Under the pieces are notes generated by a model. That model saw only the letters and a program-made list of their open reading frames with translations. It was not told where the DNA came from and ran no database searches. A stretch of 64,000 nt of DNA from a virus: IMG/VR virus record IMGVR_UViG_3300021513_000001, positions 32,001 through 96,000 of that record. The stretch is one strand, 5' to 3'. This document shows, piece by piece, positions 57,369 through 64,000 of the stretch; the first letter of the stretch is position 1, and every line of letters starts with the position of its first letter. The translations under genes were made by a program, and so were the position numbers.

Positions 57369-60300
57369 TTATGTTTGTGAAGCAAATACACGTGCTGACC
57401 ATGCTAAATCTTTAGCTTCTGCTACTTCTTCTCGTAGTTCATTAATCGCATTAGTAAACTTAGCACCCATAGTCCCCAAATTAGTTTGAAGTTGAACAAG
57501 AGCACTATCGTGATCATCTAACTTTTTATTTATTAACTCAAATCCAGATTCCATTACCAAAACAGATGCTGTATTGTTAGCTACGTCTGTATCTAAATCT
57601 TCAACTAACCCTTTTAATTCTTTAATTGTTTCAGAACAACTAACTATTTCTTCTTTAAAAGCAATAAAATCAGTACTTTCTATTTCTTCTGTTTCTACTG
57701 GAACAGTATTTTTAATAATTTCAACATCTTCAGATAAAATTCTCGTCTTTTCAACTAATTCAGCTACTGTCTTCGAATCATTAGAAAGCTGATCTATGCT
57801 TTCAGATAATTCTTCTTTAACATTGTTTATCAAGTTTAATGCTTCCTCTTCAGAAATATATTCAACCACTTCTTTTTCTGCAGCTGCTGTCGGTCCTGAT
57901 TCTTCTTTAGCTACATCAATTGTATTTATTTTAGTAGAAAGTGTATCTAACGAGATGGCTGTTTTAGACGCAGATTCTCCCAAATCGTCTATTAAATCTT
58001 TTGAAGACTTTGATGCCTCACCAACACTATTCACGTTTTTTAAATTATCAGAAAGATCTACAAATAATTTATTAACATCAATAACTGATTCTTTTAACAC
58101 CTCTATTTCATCTTTTAAGTTAGATACTTCTATGTTTAACTTTTTGTTTTTCTTTAAAATTTCATCTGATTGCTTTACTTCTATATTTTTTTGACTATCT
58201 AGTTGAGCTTTTGGTTTCACTGCAAATTCTTTAATCTTATCTCTTTTAGTAGCAATCTCTTTACCTGCTTCTAGTACACTAGGTAAAAACGTTACATTTT
58301 TTTCTTGTTCCGGGTATGTAACAAACATTCCCTTTTTTTCCAAACTTTCCTTAATCTGTCTACGATTCTCCTCTTGAGAAAATTCTTGCCCAGGATACCT
58401 TACTGTAATTCCAGTCGTTTCAAAAAAACTTTTATATTTTTTTTGTCCTTCAGTTAATAAAGGCCGTTCATACGATGCGCCTACTTTATCTCTTTTATCA
58501 ACAATTATAGGTTGTGATTTAACATTTTCACTTCTATTTATAGCATCAATAATACTTGCCCCAACATTTTCACCAGAAATAATTAATTTTCCTATATTAT
58601 TTTTTATAGAATCCAAACGATCATTAGAAGGAGATATAGCACCCCTTATAGCTGTAGCATATTCTTCTGCCTGCACATCTCTAATCCTTTTTTCTTTAGC
58701 TTCCACCGCAACGCTTAAGTTTTTTTGTATTGCTTCTAAAGGCCCGCCCCTACCAATAAACGTACCAAAAGATCCTCCATATTTAGTAATATCCTCTCCT
58801 CTAGACGCTCTCTCCATTATATTATAAAGTTCCTTTGGATCAATTCCAGTATCTACTCCCTGTGCTCTCAAGCTTAAATTTTGACTATATAAATTTTTTG
58901 CAAGATCAAACTGCATACGCCTATCTGCTACCCTTTCTTGGGATAATTCTGACGTTCCTTGTCTTTTAGCCCATTTAGAAAAATCTATCTCTAAAGGCCT
59001 TATATTACGAGCACTCTCTATACCAGATAACCCTGTTTTTATAGAATCAATTATAGATTTCATCCCACTTACAGATTGCTGTAATGGTTCTAAAATCTTC
59101 CTTTTTTCTAACTCAAAAGTAGCACGCGCTTCCTTTTCTGCTTCATATACCTCAAGTAATTTTCTATTCCTTTCTTTTATTTCAGAAGGAACACGACCAA
59201 GCGTAGCTCTCAACTCGTTTTCTTCTCTTGTTATTTGATCTAATGATTTACCCCTCCCAGCAGCAATATCCATTCGAGTCTGTTGTCTAATATTTGGAAT
59301 ACGTAATTTTTCTGCTTCTTTTCTAGCCTTATCTTCTTCAACTAATGCCTTAGCTTGGTATTGTGAATAAAGTTTTTGTAGTTTTTCCAACCCCGGTGTT
59401 GTTTTATCAACAGCTTCTTCAGATTTTACATCAAATTCTGATCTTTTACCACTTGTACGTTCAACACCTTCTGCTGTTTTTGCAGTATTTTTTGCAATTT
59501 CATTTAAAACACTTATAACCGGCCCAAGCTCTACAGAACCTGTTTCTAAAGCACCCTCAATCATACTATTTAATCTTTCATTAGATATGCCTTGTTGTTT
59601 AAGAAAGTCAACCTGTCCCATAATACCAGCCATTATATCTGTTTTACTACGAACGGCTTTAACTTTTTCCAACTGTTTCAAATAAGAAATAGTATTTTCT
59701 CTATATTCTTGGTCTCTATTATATAATATCTCATGAGGACTATATCTAGCAGTTGTAGATACATCAACTCCTATAGGTAAAGCTTCACGATATAAAGGCC
59801 CACCTTTTACATTCAATCTTTTAGCCCTTGATTCAATAAGTTTTTGACTCTTTGCCGACTGCATATCTAAATTCTTAAAAGTAAATGAAAGATTTTCTAC
59901 ACTTTTAATAAGAGGATCAGTTACTTTAGTAAACAAAGTAAAACTATTTATTATATTTTCTAAACTTTTACCAGAGTTGATTAATTCATCATTTAAATTT
60001 TCTATTTTTTCTTTATTTTTATTAGCGCTTATTCCAATCTTTTCAAGTACTTCCTCCATAACTTTTTCCGGTGTTGCAATTTTGTTTGTAATAACACCAG
60101 TTTCAATTTTACTCTCCTTTTGTTGTCTCTTTTCTTCTTGTAACCCCTCAAAACGATTTTCAAGTAAATCAATAAACGTTCTTACTATTTTTTCATTATT
60201 TTTAATTCCAACACCAAAACCCATTGTGCTAACTTCTTTACCGGCTATTTTTTCTTGTTCTGGTGTAAGTGTAGATGTTGGGTTGTATGGTAAATTTTTT

Positions 60301-63300
60301 GCAGTAGCAACGGCTGTAACAAGACCTGCCGGACTAGGAATCATAATAGAAGGTAAAAGAACTTTTGTAAAATCAATCAGAGATTCACTATTTTTTAAAC
60401 TTTCTTGTACTTCAGCTGGTGATTTTTTAGTACTTTTGACAAGCGTAAGCGCTTCTTTAGAAGTAGCCTGTTCATAAATAGCCGACACATCATTAGGTGA
60501 TAATTCCTTATACTTAGAACTTTGTTGTGCTGCTGTAACTAAATCACCAATACCGGGTATAGAAGAACCCAACTCAGTAACAGCTCTTATAAATAACTTG
60601 TTACCTTCCTTTTCGCCCAAAGTTTCTTTCAGTGCAGCAAGATATTCTTTAGTACCCTTTATATCCCTATTAGAAATAAAACGTCCTATATCTGCTTTAA
60701 CCTTTAAACTTGCACCCCTTACAGCAATATCTCTATTAATCTCCCCTGTTTCTTTCATAGCCTGGGATAAAGCAGTTAATCCTGTAGGCTTATTACTCTC
60801 AAGAATAGTTTTAATATCACCAAGAGTATTTGCTGTTTTTTGTTCCAATTTAGTTTGTTTTTGTGTTTCAGTTAATAAAACAGCAGTTGATAACTCACCA
60901 GTCTTTAATATGTTTTCTGAAACGGCTGCAAATTCTTTTTTATCAAACCCTTTCTGTTTAGATAAATCTTTTATATATTTTAAATCAACTTCAGCCGTAA
61001 CAATTTTTTCCCCTCTTTTAACATATTTCATATATTCTAATTCTTTTACATTATATTCTTTAGCTTTTTTTGCATATTCAGGTATAATAAAAGCCCTCTC
61101 AGCAATAGGTAATTCGCTCATTTTTCTCATATTAATTTTTGGAGTAGGTATCAATTCCATACCAGCTAACGGTCCAGTTAAACGCTTCATAGTTCTTGTT
61201 CTAAATTTTTGTACAAGTTCCTGTTTTTCGTAAGTCACATCAATTTGTTCCAAAGCTTTCTTAAGATTCATAATAACACGCGCATCTTGTATAGCTACAT
61301 TTGAAAGACCTGTTAAACTATTAATTAATTCGCTAATATTTTTAGATGTCTCTTCAGCAACATCACCGTGTTTTTCATTAACAGCAAGCGCAGCTTTTTG
61401 TGCTTTACGAACTTCTTCTTGACGTTTAACATATTCATTAATAAAGCCCATAGTTTCTTTAGAAAAAACCTTATAAGCATTATTTTGAATCAATATAGGA
61501 GTTTTAATTTGATAACGGTACATACTACCTAACTCTAATTTTCCTTCTTTTATTGGTTTATACATACCAGCTTCAGCACCAACAAAATAACGAGATATTT
61601 TTCTAAGACGAACCTCTACATCAGTTAACATACCTACAGCATTTATTACACCAATAAATTTATCAGAAATAACTGCTGTTTTCTTAAAATTTTCTAAAGT
61701 ATCTGTAACAAATTTAAGCCCTTTTTCTTGATTTTTACTAACTTCAACAGAATACTTAACCCATTTTTCACTAGCATCGCCTACACCTTTTTCAAAAACA
61801 GAAACCATATCGCCTAAATAACCTGAACCTTTCTTAAACATAAAAACATCTTTAGCTATAGCTTCTTCTAGTACGTTACGACGCTCCTCTTCAGTACTAA
61901 CACCTCTAAAAGGAATACCCTGTTCCATTGCAGCTTGTTTTGTAAGTTCTGCAGAAGCCCTTATATTAACTCCACTAAGCCTTTGAGCAAAAGACGCTTG
62001 AATATCTTCAACAGATATTCCCTTATAAAACTGTTTATTTTTTTGCTGCTCTAGTTCAGCTAATGCCCTGCCTGTTGCTCCAAATGCAGCCTTGCCTGCA
62101 AGCTCTGGAGTCATACCAGGACCAGCCATTGTAAAGAAATCTCTTTTGATTTCTAAAAACTTATCATTAAACTCTGTCATAATATTAAGATGTTCTTTTT
62201 GTAATGCTGACCATCTTTTAAATCGATCCTCTTGTCTGCTGTACTCTTCTGGATTAATCTCCTTTAAACGTGTTAATGGAGCACGTATGATCTCCCCCTT
62301 CTGTCCAGCTTCATAACGCATTTTATTAATTTTTTCTGAAGAACGAATCATTCGTTCAAACAATGTTCTTCTTTTATCAGCATACTTTTCAAGAGATTTA
62401 AAACCAGTCATCTCTCCTAAATTACCAATACCTTCTCTAAACATGTATTGAAGTTTTTTCCAAAAACCTTTTATTTTTACAGCTTTCATCAAATCATCTA
62501 ATTCTTCTTTTTCAATATGTAATTTTAAATTAATCCTAGCATTGGCAGCAATCTCCTCAAGTTTAGCTATAACAGAATCTAACTTATCAGTCGATGAAAC
62601 AATAGATTTACCAAATTTATCAAACCCAATAAAACCTTCAGAAGTTAAAGAAACAACAGCAGTAGCATATTCTCTAATGCTTTCTATCTGCTCTTTCTTC
62701 ATTAATAATGGACTCTTGTACGATCTCCCTTTTACCTGACTAGCAATCTGTTCTTCAGTTAATTCTTCTAAAGCTTTTATTCTTCCACCTCTAATTTCTA
62801 CTCTTGAACGTATCATCTTAACATTAGATATAGATTTTATTTTTTCCTCAACAACATCCAAAGCCTTTTTATAATCTTTAGTTCTATCCTCAGCAGAAGC
62901 AAAAGTTTTAGTCACAGCTTTATTAAACAAATACATTCCAACACCAAGTGACGCTATAACACTAATAAAAGTACCCAATGCCCCTAAAGAAGTCACTAAC
63001 CCTAAAACAGAAAGAGATGCTTTACCTGTAGCTTTTACAAGAGAACTCATAGACTTTACAGATTTCTCTATCATAGCACCAGAAAATGCAAAGGAAGCAC
63101 CAGAAACTAAACCCCTTCCAATACCAGACACTCTTGTTCCAACTTTTGGTAATAATGCCTTTGGAGACATCTGCCTAACCTTTTCAAAAACCTCTCTTCC
63201 TTTTTCTTGCTTCCCTCCAAATAGCGCCCCAACAAGTTCTCTTGGTGTTCTTCGTTTTCTTTTAGCACCACCAATACTAGGCCCCAACAATCCAAACATT

Positions 63301-64000
63301 GACAAATCAAAATATTTACCAAGAGCAGTTGCACCTAAATAAGCACTCGTACCAATAGTTGCTAAAGCACCACCATGTATGCCAGCAATTGCTTCAGTTA
63401 CCGCTTTCAAAGAATCTGTAAGAGCTTTTAACCCAGTTAAAATAGGCCCGCTAGCAGAAATAGCCAAAGCATTAAAAGAAGCCTTTAATTGAGCCGATTT
63501 CTTAGCTAAAGTCTCCATAACTAATTTATTTTCTTTTTCTGCCGACCCAACCGAATTAATACTAACAGCGCTAGCAGCCAAAGCTCTGTCATAATGCTCC
63601 ATTAAAACCATAAGAGCATTATAATGTCGTATACCACCCATAGCTTGTGCTGTTGCTAATTTTTGAGCTCTAGTTAAACCAACCCATTTTTTAGCTAAAT
63701 CATCTAAAACATCAGAACCTCTCCTAAGTCTTCCACCCTCAATAGTCTTAACACCAATAGCTGTTAATGCTTTTGGTGCTTTCTGTGTACCCATTCTTGA
63801 AAAAATAAATTTAAGAGATGTACCCACCTCCTTACCCGTTTGTCTTGTAGCTTCTCCAATTGCAGTAATAATACCATTAAGCTTATGAACACCTATACCC
63901 ATTACCTTAGCAGCAGTACCAGCTTTTTTAAAACCATCAGCTAAATCCTTTGCTGTTATAGCAAATTTATTTTCAACTTCATTCCAAGAATCAAGAATAG
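57369..64000 (-). CDS. phage tail tape measure protein (5' end outside the window, >2,200 aa)
   Basis: The frame stays open upstream of the tracked ATG 63902: ILDSWNEVENKFAITAKDLADGFKKAGTAAKVMG...AIGEATRQTGKEVGTSLKFIFSRM is a TP901/SPbeta-type TMP core. Hydrophobic Gly/Ala segments and long K/E-rich helical coiled-coil follow. Confidence 0.9.
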   Translation of the reverse strand, partial: ILDSWNEVENKFAITAKDLADGFKKAGTAAKVMGIGVHKLNGIITAIGEATRQTGKEVGTSLKFIFSRMGTQKAPKALTAIGVKTIEGGRLRRGSDVLDDLAKKWVGLTRAQKLATAQAMGGIRHYNALMVLMEHYDRALAASAVSINSVGSAEKENKLVMETLAKKSAQLKASFNALAISASGPILTGLKALTDSLKAVTEAIAGIHGGALATIGTSAYLGATALGKYFDLSMFGLLGPSIGGAKRKRRTPRELVGALFGGKQEKGREVFEKVRQMSPKALLPKVGTRVSGIGRGLVSGASFAFSGAMIEKSVKSMSSLVKATGKASLSVLGLVTSLGALGTFISVIASLGVGMYLFNKAVTKTFASAEDRTKDYKKALDVVEEKIKSISNVKMIRSRVEIRGGRIKALEELTEEQIASQVKGRSYKSPLLMKKEQIESIREYATAVVSLTSEGFIGFDKFGKSIVSSTDKLDSVIAKLEEIAANARINLKLHIEKEELDDLMKAVKIKGFWKKLQYMFREGIGNLGEMTGFKSLEKYADKRRTLFERMIRSSEKINKMRYEAGQKGEIIRAPLTRLKEINPEEYSRQEDRFKRWSALQKEHLNIMTEFNDKFLEIKRDFFTMAGPGMTPELAGKAAFGATGRALAELEQQKNKQFYKGISVEDIQASFAQRLSGVNIRASAELTKQAAMEQGIPFRGVSTEEERRNVLEEAIAKDVFMFKKGSGYLGDMVSVFEKGVGDASEKWVKYSVEVSKNQEKGLKFVTDTLENFKKTAVISDKFIGVINAVGMLTDVEVRLRKISRYFVGAEAGMYKPIKEGKLELGSMYRYQIKTPILIQNNAYKVFSKETMGFINEYVKRQEEVRKAQKAALAVNEKHGDVAEETSKNISELINSLTGLSNVAIQDARVIMNLKKALEQIDVTYEKQELVQKFRTRTMKRLTGPLAGMELIPTPKINMRKMSELPIAERAFIIPEYAKKAKEYNVKELEYMKYVKRGEKIVTAEVDLKYIKDLSKQKGFDKKEFAAVSENILKTGELSTAVLLTETQKQTKLEQKTANTLGDIKTILESNKPTGLTALSQAMKETGEINRDIAVRGASLKVKADIGRFISNRDIKGTKEYLAALKETLGEKEGNKLFIRAVTELGSSIPGIGDLVTAAQQSSKYKELSPNDVSAIYEQATSKEALTLVKSTKKSPAEVQESLKNSESLIDFTKVLLPSIMIPSPAGLVTAVATAKNLPYNPTSTLTPEQEKIAGKEVSTMGFGVGIKNNEKIVRTFIDLLENRFEGLQEEKRQQKESKIETGVITNKIATPEKVMEEVLEKIGISANKNKEKIENLNDELINSGKSLENIINSFTLFTKVTDPLIKSVENLSFTFKNLDMQSAKSQKLIESRAKRLNVKGGPLYREALPIGVDVSTTARYSPHEILYNRDQEYRENTISYLKQLEKVKAVRSKTDIMAGIMGQVDFLKQQGISNERLNSMIEGALETGSVELGPVISVLNEIAKNTAKTAEGVERTSGKRSEFDVKSEEAVDKTTPGLEKLQKLYSQYQAKALVEEDKARKEAEKLRIPNIRQQTRMDIAAGRGKSLDQITREENELRATLGRVPSEIKERNRKLLEVYEAEKEARATFELEKRKILEPLQQSVSGMKSIIDSIKTGLSGIESARNIRPLEIDFSKWAKRQGTSELSQERVADRRMQFDLAKNLYSQNLSLRAQGVDTGIDPKELYNIMERASRGEDITKYGGSFGTFIGRGGPLEAIQKNLSVAVEAKEKRIRDVQAEEYATAIRGAISPSNDRLDSIKNNIGKLIISGENVGASIIDAINRSENVKSQPIIVDKRDKVGASYERPLLTEGQKKYKSFFETTGITVRYPGQEFSQEENRRQIKESLEKKGMFVTYPEQEKNVTFLPSVLEAGKEIATKRDKIKEFAVKPKAQLDSQKNIEVKQSDEILKKNKKLNIEVSNLKDEIEVLKESVIDVNKLFVDLSDNLKNVNSVGEASKSSKDLIDDLGESASKTAISLDTLSTKINTIDVAKEESGPTAAAEKEVVEYISEEEALNLINNVKEELSESIDQLSNDSKTVAELVEKTRILSEDVEIIKNTVPVETEEIESTDFIAFKEEIVSCSETIKELKGLVEDLDTDVANNTASVLVMESGFELINKKLDDHDSALVQLQTNLGTMGAKFTNAINELREEVAEAKDLAWSARVFASQT

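Noticed and set aside
1789-57369. Stop-codon reassignment (TAG or TGA read as sense)
   Set aside because: Very long ORFs are intact under the standard code. Where checked (8799, 43881, 54634), the next gene after a TAG stop is in a different frame, and two genes end in TAG TAG.
57574-62739. Several long plus-strand ORFs (up to 211 aa) opposite the tape measure gene
   Set aside because: Ser/Phe/Leu-rich antisense shadows of K/E-rich coding sequence with no recognisable motifs.

Overview
A very AT-rich, gene-dense 64-kb segment that reads as the virion/tail morphogenesis region of a large (probably jumbo) tailed dsDNA phage, using the standard genetic code. From the right end, one long minus-strand block encodes a 5'-truncated tape-measure protein (>2,200 aa), baseplate-hub-like and tail-tube-like proteins, a cluster of mosaic Ig-like/LamG/DUF2341 proteins, five giant adhesin/fibre-like proteins (1,617-3,320 aa) and a 715-aa short-repeat protein. 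This block meets a short plus-strand unit head-on: a paralogue of a structural protein, a small ORF and a papain-family (C1A) peptidase. I recognised no tRNA, rRNA, CRISPR array, transposase, reverse transcriptase, capsid, terminase or clear tail-sheath gene. The most striking unexplained signal is non-coding. An identical 167-bp multi-hairpin element occurs twice (51770-51936 and 52664-52830), each copy immediately upstream of a gene and together bracketing two small genes. Each copy contains a Shine-Dalgarno sequence separated from the start codon by a hairpin, plus an alternative helix that overlaps it. A possible diverged relative lies at 39011-39295, and the same SD-hairpin-ATG layout occurs at 555-620. 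Product calls come from motif recognition by eye, not database searches.
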